Assembly: GCA_043821645.1 (NCBI GenBank)
Contig: JBDRCO010000065.1
Location: 32,001 to 96,000, forward strand
Direction: 5' to 3'
From: Pseudomonadota bacterium
Lineage (GTDB): Bacteria; Myxococcota; JACRCW01; JAFGSX01
DNA: 64,000 nucleotides
Part shown: piece after piece, positions 31,735 through 42,125 of the stretch
Layout: every line of letters begins with the position of its first letter
Position numbering within the stretch: position 1 is the stretch's first letter
Notes under the pieces: model-generated
What the model was told of the DNA's origin: nothing
Database searches by the model: none
What the model saw: only the letters and a program-made list of their open reading frames with translations
Program-made: the position numbers and the translations under genes

Positions 31735-32958
31735 TCAGTCATCTCCCAGTACACCGCGGATGGGATGTGTGAGCGCCGGCACGCCGGAGTCCGCGCGACC
31801 GTCCGGCCGGCTGGAGTCGAAGACCAGCTCGACGGGTGCGCCCACCTCCCCTTGATCATCGTGAGGCACCAGCAGCAGAGGATCGCCTTCGTGCACCTCC
31901 GCCAGCTCGTAGTCGACGCGCCTGTCATCCCCCACCCGGATCAACCACACGCGTCCGCTGCGCTGGTTCTGCACCTCGATGGTGGAGCGAGGCTCGATGG
32001 CACCCTCGCCCACGAGGCGCACGCTGGCACAGGATCGCGCCACCGCTTCCAGGTCGAGGCGGCCGAGTACGCCGCTGGGCTCGATCGGATCTTGCTGCCA
32101 GGCACCGTCGAAGCGCGCGAGACGCTGCGGGTCTTCGAGAAGAGCGGACAGGGCTGCGCGGGTCGCGCTGTCGAGGTGCTCGCTGCGAGCGAGACAAGGC
32201 AGATCCGTCGCGGTCAGGGTCTGCGCAGCAAGAACCTCCGTGATCACCACGAAGGACTGCAGCAGGGTTCTCGCCAGCGCCCTGTCTTCGTCGCTGAAGC
32301 GGCAGCTGGGCTCCAGTCGCAGGTGCTTGGCCAGCAGGGTGGGAGCGCGGCCATCGACCACGGCACCCACCGCCAGCCGCCTGCGCTGGCTCTCACCGTC
32401 CAGGGCCTCCAAGGTATCGCCTCGCATGTCGACCCAGCGCTGCCCCTGGCGGTCGCGGAGGGTATGGCGCGCCCAGCTCGCCGGGACAACCTGCACCGTG
32501 ACGTCGGCGGAGGTATTGCCGGCTCGGTCCGCGGCGCGCAATAGCAGCACGTCGCCAGCGCGCAGATCGAGGGCATGGCAGGTGGCTTCGTCGACGTACA
32601 GGGCAGCTCGCCGCTGCCGCGGATCACGGCCCGTCACATCGAGCTCGATGAGGTCCTGGCCATCGTCCCAGCGCGCATCGGGCCGTGCCGACAGGTTGAG
32701 AAGCTGAACACGCGTACCGAGTTCTACGTTGCCCAGCTCGAGATACATGGACGCAGCGTCGGCGCGATGCAGGATCGCGCTGCCACTTTGCACCACGCGC
32801 GCCGCGGGCGAGGTCCGGACAAAGGCTCGAGCCTCGATCACCTCGGGCGCGGGCGGCGGCGTGATGTCGCCCTCGACATGGGGTGGCTGGGTGATCTCGG
32901 GGTCCTGTTCGGCCACGTTGGTACCTGGATCGACCGGCGACAGGGCCGGATGGACCAA
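31735..32958 (-). CDS. Hypothetical protein, paralogue B of 30414..31595
   Basis: Shares NVELGT, NLSAxPDA, TGRD, ALDGE, RFSDED and AIEPR blocks; TTG start behind AAGGAG. Confidence 0.85.
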   Translation of the reverse strand: MVHPALSPVDPGTNVAEQDPEITQPPHVEGDITPPPAPEVIEARAFVRTSPAARVVQSGSAILHRADAASMYLELGNVELGTRVQLLNLSARPDARWDDGQDLIELDVTGRDPRQRRAALYVDEATCHALDLRAGDVLLLRAADRAGNTSADVTVQVVPASWARHTLRDRQGQRWVDMRGDTLEALDGESQRRRLAVGAVVDGRAPTLLAKHLRLEPSCRFSDEDRALARTLLQSFVVITEVLAAQTLTATDLPCLARSEHLDSATRAALSALLEDPQRLARFDGAWQQDPIEPSGVLGRLDLEAVARSCASVRLVGEGAIEPRSTIEVQNQRSGRVWLIRVGDDRRVDYELAEVHEGDPLLLVPHDDQGEVGAPVELVFDSSRPDGRADSGVPALTHPIRGVLGDD

Positions 32959-32999
32959 CTATATCTCCTTGCCCGGCGCGCTGCACCCTTGGAAGGCCC

Positions 33000-33557
33000 T
33001 CATCGATCGCGGGGATCCACGTCGTGGATGATGATCACGTTGGTCCGCACATCGACACTGGCACTCCCCCGAGGAGACAGGGTCGCCTGCACATGAGGCA
33101 GCAAGTCGTCAGCCCGCGCGTTGTTGACCGGGATGATCCAGGTCTTGAGCGGTGCACTGTGCAGCCACAGGTCCCTGGCCTTGACCACCTGCTCGCGCTC
33201 GGCAGCCAGGTCGGCCTGGGGCGCCACGCGCAGGATCTCGCCATCCCACACGCTGCCCAGGTTCTTGCTCTGCAGCACCACCTTGAGCGCGTGATCCCAG
33301 CGCACGTTGCGCAGGCGCAGGGTGACCTGCCCCTGCACCTTGTCGTCGAGGATGAGGTTGATGCCCGCATCCTCGGCCAACAGTCGTAGCACGTTGTGGA
33401 TGTCGGCGCGCTGCACGTCCAGGGTCACCCGCTTGCTCGGCAGCACCCGGCCGTCCGCGCCCCACACCGGCGCGGCCAGGAAGCCCAGCCCCAGGCTCAG
33501 GAGGCCCGCCGCCAGACCGCGAACCACCCCGGCACGATATCGACGATGGCGTCTCAT
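33000..33557 (-). CDS. Secretin N-terminal-domain-only protein (PilQ N0/N1-like, no secretin barrel)
   Basis: Signal peptide; RVTLDVQRADIHNVLRLLA, VTLRLRNVRWDHAL, LSPRGSASVDVRTNVIIIHD, then stop. Confidence 0.85.
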   Translation of the reverse strand: MRRHRRYRAGVVRGLAAGLLSLGLGFLAAPVWGADGRVLPSKRVTLDVQRADIHNVLRLLAEDAGINLILDDKVQGQVTLRLRNVRWDHALKVVLQSKNLGSVWDGEILRVAPQADLAAEREQVVKARDLWLHSAPLKTWIIPVNNARADDLLPHVQATLSPRGSASVDVRTNVIIIHDVDPRDR

Positions 33558-33693
33558 GATCACCCCTGTCACCGGAGACCCCCCGCCTGGTCGCGGTCCC
33601 GGCCGGTTCCCGGCTCCTCCATCATGGTAGCCAGGGCTCCGGTGTTCGGCCAGCCCGGTTGGCAAGCCGTCAACCCCACGTTAGGTTGCCGCC

Positions 33694-34902
33694 ATGAACC
33701 GCGGCTGGCAGATGCTGTTCTTCGTCGGGATGATGGTGGTCGTGCTCTTCGCCTGGCACGGCTACCTGTGGATGCGCCTGGTGCGCGAGCCGGGCTGGCC
33801 AGCGCTGGCGACGCGCATCCTCACCGTGACCCTGGTGGCCCTGGCCCTGTCCATCCCAGCCGCCTTCATCCTGTCGCGAGCCCTGCCCTACTCCCTGTCC
33901 ATGCCGCTGGCGCTGGTCGCCTTCACCTGGATGGGCCTGAGCTTCTACTTTCTCGTCACCGTTGGGGCCGCCGACCTGCTGCGTGTGGCCGGCAACGGCC
34001 TCGAGGCCCTGGTGCGCTGGTTGCGCAGCGGCAGCGGCGAGCTGCTGCTCGAGGACCCCGAGCGCCGGCAGCTACTGGCCCGCGCCGTGGGTGCGGTGGC
34101 CCTGGCCGGTGCGGGCGTGGCTGGCGTCGGCGGGCTCCGCAATGCCATGGGCAGCGTGAAGACCAAGGTGGTCGAGGTGCCCCTGCCCCGGCTGCCCGCG
34201 GCCCTCGACGGGTTCAGCCTGGTGCAGCTCACGGACCTGCACATCGGCAACGTGCTTGGCCGCAGCTTCCTGCAGGCCGTGGTCGAGCGCGTCAACGGTC
34301 TCGCGCCCGACGCCGTGGTCATCACCGGCGACCTGGTCGACGGCAGCGTCGAGCACCTGAAGGCTCTGATCGAGCCCCTGGCCGGGTTGCGCTCGCGCCA
34401 TGGAACCTTCTTCGTCACCGGCAACCACGAGTACTACTCGGGCGCCCCTGAATGGGAACAGCACCTGCGCGACATGGGCATCACCGTCCTCGACAACCAG
34501 CACGTGACGCTGGCACAGGATAGTCAGGGCCGCGGCGGCCTGGATCTGGCGGGTGTACCGGATCCCACCGCGCGCATGCTGGGAGCGCAGCGCGAACCCG
34601 ACGTGGCGAGGGCGGTTGCGGGTCGCGATGTGAACAATCCCCTGGTGCTGCTGGCCCACCAGCCCAAGGCCATCGACGATGCGGTGAAGAACGGCGTGGG
34701 GCTGGTGCTGTCCGGCCATACTCATGGCGGCCAGATCTGGCCCTTTGGCTACGTCGTCGCTCTGACCCAGCCCTACCTGGCGGGTTTGCACCATCACGAC
34801 GACACCTACATCTACGTCAGCCGCGGCACGGGATTCTGGGGGCCCCCGCTGAGGCTCGGCGCGCCGGCCGAGATCACGCGGGTTGTGCTCAGGAGCGCGT
34901 GA
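33694..34902 (+). CDS. Membrane-anchored metallophosphoesterase (YkuE/YaeI-like)
   Basis: DLH, GDLVD, GNHE and GHTHGGQ motifs after N-terminal TM helices. Confidence 0.92.
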   Translation: MNRGWQMLFFVGMMVVVLFAWHGYLWMRLVREPGWPALATRILTVTLVALALSIPAAFILSRALPYSLSMPLALVAFTWMGLSFYFLVTVGAADLLRVAGNGLEALVRWLRSGSGELLLEDPERRQLLARAVGAVALAGAGVAGVGGLRNAMGSVKTKVVEVPLPRLPAALDGFSLVQLTDLHIGNVLGRSFLQAVVERVNGLAPDAVVITGDLVDGSVEHLKALIEPLAGLRSRHGTFFVTGNHEYYSGAPEWEQHLRDMGITVLDNQHVTLAQDSQGRGGLDLAGVPDPTARMLGAQREPDVARAVAGRDVNNPLVLLAHQPKAIDDAVKNGVGLVLSGHTHGGQIWPFGYVVALTQPYLAGLHHHDDTYIYVSRGTGFWGPPLRLGAPAEITRVVLRSA

Positions 34903-35040
34903 CCACCTCTCGCAATGCCCCTGCACTATTCGAAACTGTCGCGGACTCAAGGTCCCCTCTCAGCCTTGCGCGACCGGCGTCGTGGCCAGCTTGCATGATG
35001 CCCCTGTGAGTCCAGCACCTTGTGCGGCTAGACTGAACGC

Positions 35041-36543
35041 ATGTCAGCCCAGTCCATCGCCCACCTGCTCACCGCCGTCGCGGGTACCGCCATCGCCGTC
35101 ACGGCCCTGGCGCGCAGCGGTCGCTCGAGCCTGCTGTGGGCCGTGGTCATGGCCGCCCTCACGGTCGCCGCCTGGAACGGCGCCCACGGCCTGCTGCTGC
35201 TGACCCGGGACGACAGCATCCGCATCTTGGCCCCGGCCCTCGGCTCCCTGCCCCTGGCCGCCTTCTGCAGCCTGGCCCTGCGCGCTGCGGTGCCCCGGGC
35301 ACGCTGGCGGCCCTGGGCGGAGCTCGTCGGCTGGCTGGCCGTGGTGAGCTATTCGGTCATCACCCTGAGTGGACTGCTCTTCGAGTCCAGCCGAGCCTTC
35401 GTGCTGTCCTCCGGATGGAATGTGGGCTTCGCCTCGCTCGCAGCCCCGTTTCTCGTCGCCACGGCCACCTCCCTCGTCGTCGGCAGCGTCAGCGGTCGCC
35501 CGGATCGGCGGCCCCTGTGTCGCATCCTTTTGGTGGCCGCGGTGCTGGGCTTCGCCTCGGGCCTGTCCCAGGTGCTGCCACCGGGTCGCCCCCTGGAACT
35601 CGGATCACCGGGCATGTTACTGGCCGTGGTGCTGGGAGCGGTGGCGGTGGCCCGACGGCAGGTCGCGCTCGAGACCATCGCGCTGCAGGAGATCCTGGCC
35701 GTCACCGGCGGCGTGGCCGCGGTGGTGATCGCCGCCGTGCTCGTCGTGGCGCGGGCCCAGGGCAGCCCCCTGTGGAGCAGCCTCGGGCTGGCCATCCTGG
35801 GCATCGTCGCGCTCGGTGCCTACCACGTGATCCACCGCCGCTGGCAAGGGAGGCTGCATGAGGCCACCCGCCTGGCATCCCTGGGCCGGGCCACCAGCGT
35901 GCTCGCCCACGAGGTGCGGAACCCCCTGACCACGGTGCAGGGTGCCATCGATATCCTGGACCAGGAGTTGGGGAGCTGTGGCCGCCACGCCGACAGCCAG
36001 CCCTACCTAGACATGGCGCGCAGCGAGATCGCACGGGTGCTCACCCTGGTTCAGGACGCCCTGAGCTACGCTCGCGCACCGACCCCTGCACGTGAGCGCT
36101 TCGACCTGCGCGTGCTTCTGCAGCGGGCTGTCGATGCGGCCAGGTTGCAGCACCCGGGTCAGGACATCTCGCTGGCAGACGGACATCCCGTCGAGGTGGA
36201 GGCAGACTCGGGCCAGCTGACCCAGGTCTTCGACAACCTGGTCCTCAACGCCTGCCAGAGTCGCGAGGGTGCGCGGGTGAAGCTGAGCATCGCCCGCACC
36301 GAGGCGGCGCTGGTCGAGGTGCACGTCGTCGACGACGGCCCCGGGGTGGCCGAGGAGCTGCGCGACCGGGTGTTCGAGCCCTTCTTCACCACCAAGCTGC
36401 GAGGTGGTGGACTTGGCCTGGCCATCGTGCGCGAGATCGCCCGTCGTCACGGCGGGGACGTCACCCTGGGACGCTGCGATGAAGGGGGCGCTCGCTTCAC
36501 CGTTGTGCTGGCCAGGAACGCGAGTGAGGAGGAGCTTTCATGA
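35041..36543 (+). CDS. Multi-TM sensor histidine kinase
   Basis: AHEVRNPL H-box; NLVLNA, DDGPG, FFTTK and GLGL boxes. Confidence 0.93.
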   Translation: MSAQSIAHLLTAVAGTAIAVTALARSGRSSLLWAVVMAALTVAAWNGAHGLLLLTRDDSIRILAPALGSLPLAAFCSLALRAAVPRARWRPWAELVGWLAVVSYSVITLSGLLFESSRAFVLSSGWNVGFASLAAPFLVATATSLVVGSVSGRPDRRPLCRILLVAAVLGFASGLSQVLPPGRPLELGSPGMLLAVVLGAVAVARRQVALETIALQEILAVTGGVAAVVIAAVLVVARAQGSPLWSSLGLAILGIVALGAYHVIHRRWQGRLHEATRLASLGRATSVLAHEVRNPLTTVQGAIDILDQELGSCGRHADSQPYLDMARSEIARVLTLVQDALSYARAPTPARERFDLRVLLQRAVDAARLQHPGQDISLADGHPVEVEADSGQLTQVFDNLVLNACQSREGARVKLSIARTEAALVEVHVVDDGPGVAEELRDRVFEPFFTTKLRGGGLGLAIVREIARRHGGDVTLGRCDEGGARFTVVLARNASEEELS

Positions 36544-37871
36544 GCACACGCCCAGGACAGCCTCTGGTGCTGGTGGTCGACGACGAACCCGGGGTTCGCC
36601 TGATCCTGCGTGGTCTGCTCGGGCAACTCGGCTATGGCGTGGTGGATGCCGAAGCCGCACGGCCTGCACTCGAGGTGCTGGAGCGCGAGCCCGTGGACGT
36701 GATCCTGACCGACTTGCAGATGCCAGGGGAGGACGGACTGTGGTTGCTCGACGAGGTCCGCCGGCGCATGCCCTTCGTACCCGTGGTCCTGCTCACCGCC
36801 CACGGCAGCGTCGAGAACGCTGTGGCCGCCATGCGGCGCGGTGCCGCGGACTTCTTGACCAAACCCGTGGACAGGGCGGCCCTGGAGCGCACCCTGCAAG
36901 CCGCCGTTCCTCTCTCGGATCGCCTGTTCGTCGACGGTACAGCCATGGATCTCGTTGCGGAGTCCCCGGCCATGCGCCAGGTACTGCGCATGTGCGAGCG
37001 CATGGCCAGCAGCCAGGCCCCCGTGCTCATCACCGGCCCCTCGGGGAGCGGCAAGGAGGTGGTGGCCCGCGCCCTGCACGAACTCGCAGGAGCCAGGCGC
37101 CCCTTCATCGCCGTCAACTGCGCCGCCATCCCCGAGGGCCTGCTCGAGAGCGAGCTGTTCGGTCACGTCAAGGGTGCCTTCACTGGCGCCACCTGCGACA
37201 GGCCGGGCCGGGTGGAGCTGGCCTCGGGCGGCACCCTGTTCCTCGATGAGATCGGCGATCTGCCGATGCCTGTGCAGGTCAAGCTGCTACGGCTGGTACA
37301 AGAGCGGACCTTCGAGCGCGTGGGTGGCCTGGGCACCAAGACCGCGGACATTCGCATTCTGGCCGCGACCCACCGTGATCTCTCCGCCGCGGTGGTTCAG
37401 GGCCAGTTTCGCGAGGACCTGTTCTTTCGCCTCAACGTCCTTCCCCTGGCCATCCCACCTCTGTGTGAGCGCCCCGAGGATGTGGCCCCCCTCGCGCGCG
37501 CATTTCTGCTGCGTGCATGCACGAGCGGTGGGCAGGCGGCCCCGGCCCTGACCGCCGACGCGGTGGCTCGACTCGAGGCCCAGGACTGGCCAGGCAACGC
37601 GCGCGAGCTCGGCAACCTGATGGAGCGGGTCGCCGTGCTGTGTCCCGGTCCGACGATCAGTGCCGCCGAGATCGACGAGTGCATGCAGCTCGGTCAGCGC
37701 TGGCAAGGTCGGCCCACTGGTTCGCCGTCCACCCCCCCTCTGGTCGACGAGAGGCAACAGGTACTCGAGGCCCTGGATCGCGCCGCAGGGAACCGGACCC
37801 TGGCTGCACGCCTTCTGGGGGTGTCACGGCGCACTCTGTACAACAAGCTCGAGCGCTACCAGGTGGCCTAG
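36540..37871 (+). CDS. Sigma54-dependent response regulator (NtrC family)
   Basis: Receiver VVDDE...[34 protein letters not shown] overlap with the kinase. Confidence 0.95.
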   Translation: MSTRPGQPLVLVVDDEPGVRLILRGLLGQLGYGVVDAEAARPALEVLEREPVDVILTDLQMPGEDGLWLLDEVRRRMPFVPVVLLTAHGSVENAVAAMRRGAADFLTKPVDRAALERTLQAAVPLSDRLFVDGTAMDLVAESPAMRQVLRMCERMASSQAPVLITGPSGSGKEVVARALHELAGARRPFIAVNCAAIPEGLLESELFGHVKGAFTGATCDRPGRVELASGGTLFLDEIGDLPMPVQVKLLRLVQERTFERVGGLGTKTADIRILAATHRDLSAAVVQGQFREDLFFRLNVLPLAIPPLCERPEDVAPLARAFLLRACTSGGQAAPALTADAVARLEAQDWPGNARELGNLMERVAVLCPGPTISAAEIDECMQLGQRWQGRPTGSPSTPPLVDERQQVLEALDRAAGNRTLAARLLGVSRRTLYNKLERYQVA

Positions 37872-37874
37872 CCC

Positions 37875-39176
37875 ATGGCCGCCCGGGTCCGCATGCCGCT
37901 TCCTGGCTACCTCGAGGTGGAGATCGGCACCTACTGCAACCGCCGCTGTGCCTGGTGTCCCAACGGATCCCACAGCTGTGGTCGCCGCCACCACCACATG
38001 AGCGAGGAGGTGTGGCGCGCCCTGCTTGACGATCTGCGAGGCCACGATTACCGGGGGTGGTTCGCATTTCATGACTACAACGAGCCCCTGGCCAACCCCC
38101 GGTTCGACGAGGTCCTGGCGATCTGTCGCGAGGTCCTGCCCGACGCCAGCTGGCTGTTGCAGACCAATGGCGATGCGCTGACTGCCGAGAACTTCGACGA
38201 GCTGCGCCACTTCTTCTCGGCGATCGCCATCAACTTCTACGACGAGAGATCCGCGAAGCGTTTCGCGGCGCTGGGCCTCGCCTACGTGGCCGCTGAACAT
38301 CCCGGACGCATCCAGCACCCGGGCCGCCTGCGCCGGGCTCCCGGGCAGAACCGCGGTCGTGGCGAGGCCGTGGTGCAGCTCAACCACAAGAACCTGGACA
38401 CGAGCTGGATCGAGTTGCCAGTGGAGGCAGGCCAGGTGCGCGCACCGTGCACCCACCTGTGGCGCGACGCGGCCGTGGGTCACGACGGACTGTTCTACCT
38501 GTGCTGCCGCGATAGCCAGCGAGAGCATCCGCTGGCCGACCTGCGTCAGACCTCTCTGGTCGAGGCATACAACGGCCCAGTCGCGACCGCACCAAGGCAG
38601 TCCATGCAAGCCGGGAGCCGGGATCGCATCGCCATGTGCCCGCATCGCCATGTGCCTGGCACTGCCCCATCCATCAGCGCACGCCTTTCGACGCATGCTC
38701 GGGGACTCCGACCTCGCTCCCGCGCAAGCCTGCGATCGGGCGGCGTGCTCGCGGCACGGCATCGGCGACGACGTCCGCGACCAGACCTCGCGCCAGGGCA
38801 GTCACGGCAAGGGTCCACACGCCCTGCACGGTGCCGTGCTCCTCGAGGACCCCTCGTCCGGCATGCGCGTCATCGAGCAGGATGCGCGCTCGAGCGTCAG
38901 GGGCCAGCTGGTGCCACGACATCAAGCCAGCCGGCGCCTGCCTCTGGCAGAGCTGTCCTGGCCTGCGCGCTCGCCGACCTCGACGAGGGTCAGGAGCTGC
39001 GGGCCAGCTCTGGTGGCCTGTGCGGCCAGCAGTGGATAGGGGCGCTGCTCGACTTTCCGGCGCTGGAGCCAACTGGAGTCCGGGTGAGCGCGAAGGGTGT
39101 CCTCCGCACCGGTGCCCTGGCGGCCTGGGCCGCCGTGCGTGCCGGCCGTGCGAGCCTTCAGGTTCACCTGGACTAG
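37875..39176 (+). pseudogene. Radical SAM/SPASM domain gene, probably frameshifted near 38640
   Basis: CNRRCAWC motif, YNEPL, SPASM-like C...CCRD; a 16-bp tandem duplication at 38625-38656 is followed by a non-protein-like reading. Confidence 0.65.
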
Positions 39177-40360
39177 GATCCACGTCCCCGGTACGCCGGG
39201 ATGCTGCGCAGAGCATCGCGCGCCTCGGCCTCCGTGGTTGGATCCGGGTCGTGGTCAAAGACCGCAAGCAGGTGCTGGTAGGCAGCCGTGGGCTGGCCCT
39301 GGGCCAGGCGCATCAGGCCTAGGGCGAGAAAGACCCGCGCCAGCGAGCCCGAGCGCGCATGCACGTCGAGGCAGCGCCGGAGCAGGTTGGCGGCGGCAAT
39401 GGGATGACTCGCCTGATCCAGCCACTGCGATAGCACCACACACTCACCCGGGCTCAGCTCGGCGATCTCGGCGCGCCCCAGGCGTTCCACGAGCCCCAGG
39501 GCTTCGGCGCGATGCCCGGACACGAGAGCCTGGCGGATCGTCTCCACAAGGGTCTCGACCTCGGCACGGGGCCGCGGCGATCCGGGAAGGACACTCCTCA
39601 GGCGCCAGTGCGCATCCGTCCAGGGCCAGCGCCACGACAGGTGCTCCCCTGCTCCCGCTACCAGCAGCCCAGCACAGAAACCTCCGAGATGCGCACCGTA
39701 AGCCACATTGGAACTGCTCCCCACCACGAAGGGCAGCATGTTGTCGACGACGACGTAGAAGCCAAGCACCCAGCGCGCGGGCAGAAGGATCACATCGAAG
39801 AAGAAGGGGAACAGTGCCACCAGCAGCTTGATCTGGTTGCGCTTGAACAGCAGGAAATAGCAGCCGAGCACACCGGAGATGGCTCCCGACGCACCGACCA
39901 GGGGCGTCCAGGACGGACCGGCCAGCCAGCCGAAGCTGACCGTGGCCACCGCACCGGTGCCGAGGTAGGCGACCAGGTATCCGACCCGTCCCAGGCGGTG
40001 CTCGACGTTGTCACCATAGATCCACAGGAACAGCATGTTGCCAGCGAGGTGCCAGAAGCCGCCGTGCAGGAACATGCTGGAGAACAGATCGGTCGCCTGC
40101 GGTGCGGCCGAGATGTACCCGTGTTCGAACACGAACAACTCGTAGGCCGTGAGCTGGTTGAGGGCCACCAGGGGATCGAGTCCATCGCCCAGCACATGCC
40201 GGAGCAAGGCCTGTACTGCCGGGTCCCGCGGATCCACACCCTGTGACGACAGGGGCACGGTCAGCAGCAGGTACACGACTACGTTGGCCAGGATCAGGGC
40301 CCAGTTGACATAGGCCGTGAAGCGAACCGGGTTGGGGGTGTCGCCTATGGGCAAGAACAT
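39173..40360 (-). CDS. Rhomboid family intramembrane serine protease with C-terminal TPR-like region
   Basis: SMFLHGGFWHLAGNM, GASGAISG, AHLGGF. Confidence 0.93.
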   Translation of the reverse strand: MFLPIGDTPNPVRFTAYVNWALILANVVVYLLLTVPLSSQGVDPRDPAVQALLRHVLGDGLDPLVALNQLTAYELFVFEHGYISAAPQATDLFSSMFLHGGFWHLAGNMLFLWIYGDNVEHRLGRVGYLVAYLGTGAVATVSFGWLAGPSWTPLVGASGAISGVLGCYFLLFKRNQIKLLVALFPFFFDVILLPARWVLGFYVVVDNMLPFVVGSSSNVAYGAHLGGFCAGLLVAGAGEHLSWRWPWTDAHWRLRSVLPGSPRPRAEVETLVETIRQALVSGHRAEALGLVERLGRAEIAELSPGECVVLSQWLDQASHPIAAANLLRRCLDVHARSGSLARVFLALGLMRLAQGQPTAAYQHLLAVFDHDPDPTTEAEARDALRSIPAYRGRGS

Positions 40361-40480
40361 GAGACCAGATTTCCTCCGTCGCCATCATAGCCCAGGCTGG
40401 CCACGGGGGCAGGATGCCTCCGCGCAGCGCCGTCCGAGTGGTTTTCGTCGTACCGGCGCCGGTGTAAAGAGTCTAAGGTG

Positions 40481-40510
40481 TTGACGCGACCTGCCACGCA
40501 CGCGTACAAA
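40481..40510 (+). promoter_or_regulatory. Putative sigma70 promoter of pdaD-speB
   Basis: TTGACG-N18-TACAAA. Confidence 0.4.
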
Positions 40511-40579
40511 ACGCCACAGCGCGCCCCGGCTCCTGCACAGAGCAGACCCTCTGCGCGCTCCTGACCCAAGGAGCCCATC

Positions 40580-41185
40580 ATGGTCAAGCAAAAGCCCAGA
40601 CATGTGATCGAGCCTAAGGTTCCAGACATTCACCAGACACTGACGCCCACGTCGCTGTTCTTGACCAAGGGCAAGGGTGTGGCGACCCAGAAGCTGACCT
40701 CGTTCGAGATGGCGCTGCGAGACGCGGGCATCGCTCACCTCAACCTGGTGCGCGTGTCCAGCATCTTTCCCCCGGGCTGCCAGATCATCCCGCGCTCGCT
40801 CGGGCGCAAGCGCCTGAATCCGGGCCAGGTCTGCTTCGTGGTCATGAGCGACAACGCGAGCAACGAGCCCAACAGGCTGCTCGCCGCCTCGGTGGGCCTG
40901 GCCGTGCCCAAGGATGGAACGCACTGGGGCTACCTGTCCGAGCACCACAGCTTTGGTGAGACCGCCAAGAAGGCCGGCGAGTATGCCGAGGACCTGGCCG
41001 CCACCATGCTCGCCACCACCCTCGGCGTCGACTTCGATCCCGCCAAGAACTACGACGAGCGCAAGGAGATCTACCGCATGAGCGGCAAGGTCGTGGTCAG
41101 CCGCGAGGTCACCCAGAGCGCCGAGGGCGAGAAAGACGGCCTGTGGACCACCGTCGTCGCCGCCGCCGTGCTGCTGTTCGACTGA
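40580..41185 (+). CDS. pdaD: Pyruvoyl-dependent arginine decarboxylase
   Basis: SFEMALRDAGIAHLNLVRVSSIFPP (Ser-Ser cleavage site), GYLSEHH, WTTVVAAAV. Confidence 0.92.
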   Translation: MVKQKPRHVIEPKVPDIHQTLTPTSLFLTKGKGVATQKLTSFEMALRDAGIAHLNLVRVSSIFPPGCQIIPRSLGRKRLNPGQVCFVVMSDNASNEPNRLLAASVGLAVPKDGTHWGYLSEHHSFGETAKKAGEYAEDLAATMLATTLGVDFDPAKNYDERKEIYRMSGKVVVSREVTQSAEGEKDGLWTTVVAAAVLLFD

Positions 41186-41219
41186 ACCCTCCCGTCCCCC
41201 ATCTCCGACGAGGAACGCC

Positions 41220-42125
41220 GTGAGCTTTGTCACGTACCCCACGGGCTTCGGTGCCCTCGAGGCCGAGCGCACAGATCTGTCCACGGCCCGCGTCGTGGTG
41301 CTTCCCCTGCCCTACGACCTCACCACGAGTTACGTCAGTGGTACTCGACTGGGCCCCGCCGCAATCATCGAGGCGTCGCGTCACCTGGAGCTGTGCGACG
41401 AGGAAACCGGCCGCGACTTCAGCGAGGTTGGCATCCACACCTGCGATCCCCTGGCGGCAGACACCCGTGGGCCCGAATACATGGTGGACGCCATCCAAGC
41501 CGCGGCTGCGCGCCTTCACGCCCTGGGCAAGTTCGTGCTCGGCCTCGGCGGTGAACACTCGGTGAGCAACGGCCTGGTGCGTGCGGCAGCGAGTCGCTGG
41601 CCCGATCTGGGGGTGCTGCAGCTCGACGCGCACCTGGACCTGCGCGACAGCTTCGAGGAGAGCCCTTTCAATCACGCCTGCGTCATGCGCCGGCTGCGCG
41701 ACGACCTGGGCCTGCCCCTCGTACAGGTCGGCATCCGCAGTTTCTCCTCCGAGGAGCACAGCTACGTGCAGGAGCAAGGCTTGCTCCCCGTGTCCGCACG
41801 GCTCCTGGCCACGGCAACGAGGGAAGAACGGTCCGCCCTGCTCCAGGACATCGTCGATCGCCTCCCGGCCCGGGTGTACCTGAGCGTGGATCTCGACGTG
41901 TTCGATCCCTCGATTCTACCGGGGACAGGGACCCCTGAGCCCGGCGGCCTGGACTGGTACGCGGTGGTGGATCTTGTGGCAGCCGTGGCCAGCCGGTGCG
42001 AGATCGTGGCCGCCGACGTCGTGGAACTGGCTCCCATCGGCGGCCAGGTGGCCAGCGACTTCCTGGCCGCCAAGCTCTGCTACAAGATCATCGGCCACGC
42101 CCTCGCCCTGCGCGATCCAGCCTGA
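41220..42125 (+). CDS. speB: Agmatinase
   Basis: GGEHS, DAHLD, SVDLDVFDP...PGTGTPEPGG; next to arginine decarboxylase. Confidence 0.92.
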   Translation: MSFVTYPTGFGALEAERTDLSTARVVVLPLPYDLTTSYVSGTRLGPAAIIEASRHLELCDEETGRDFSEVGIHTCDPLAADTRGPEYMVDAIQAAAARLHALGKFVLGLGGEHSVSNGLVRAAASRWPDLGVLQLDAHLDLRDSFEESPFNHACVMRRLRDDLGLPLVQVGIRSFSSEEHSYVQEQGLLPVSARLLATATREERSALLQDIVDRLPARVYLSVDLDVFDPSILPGTGTPEPGGLDWYAVVDLVAAVASRCEIVAADVVELAPIGGQVASDFLAAKLCYKIIGHALALRDPA

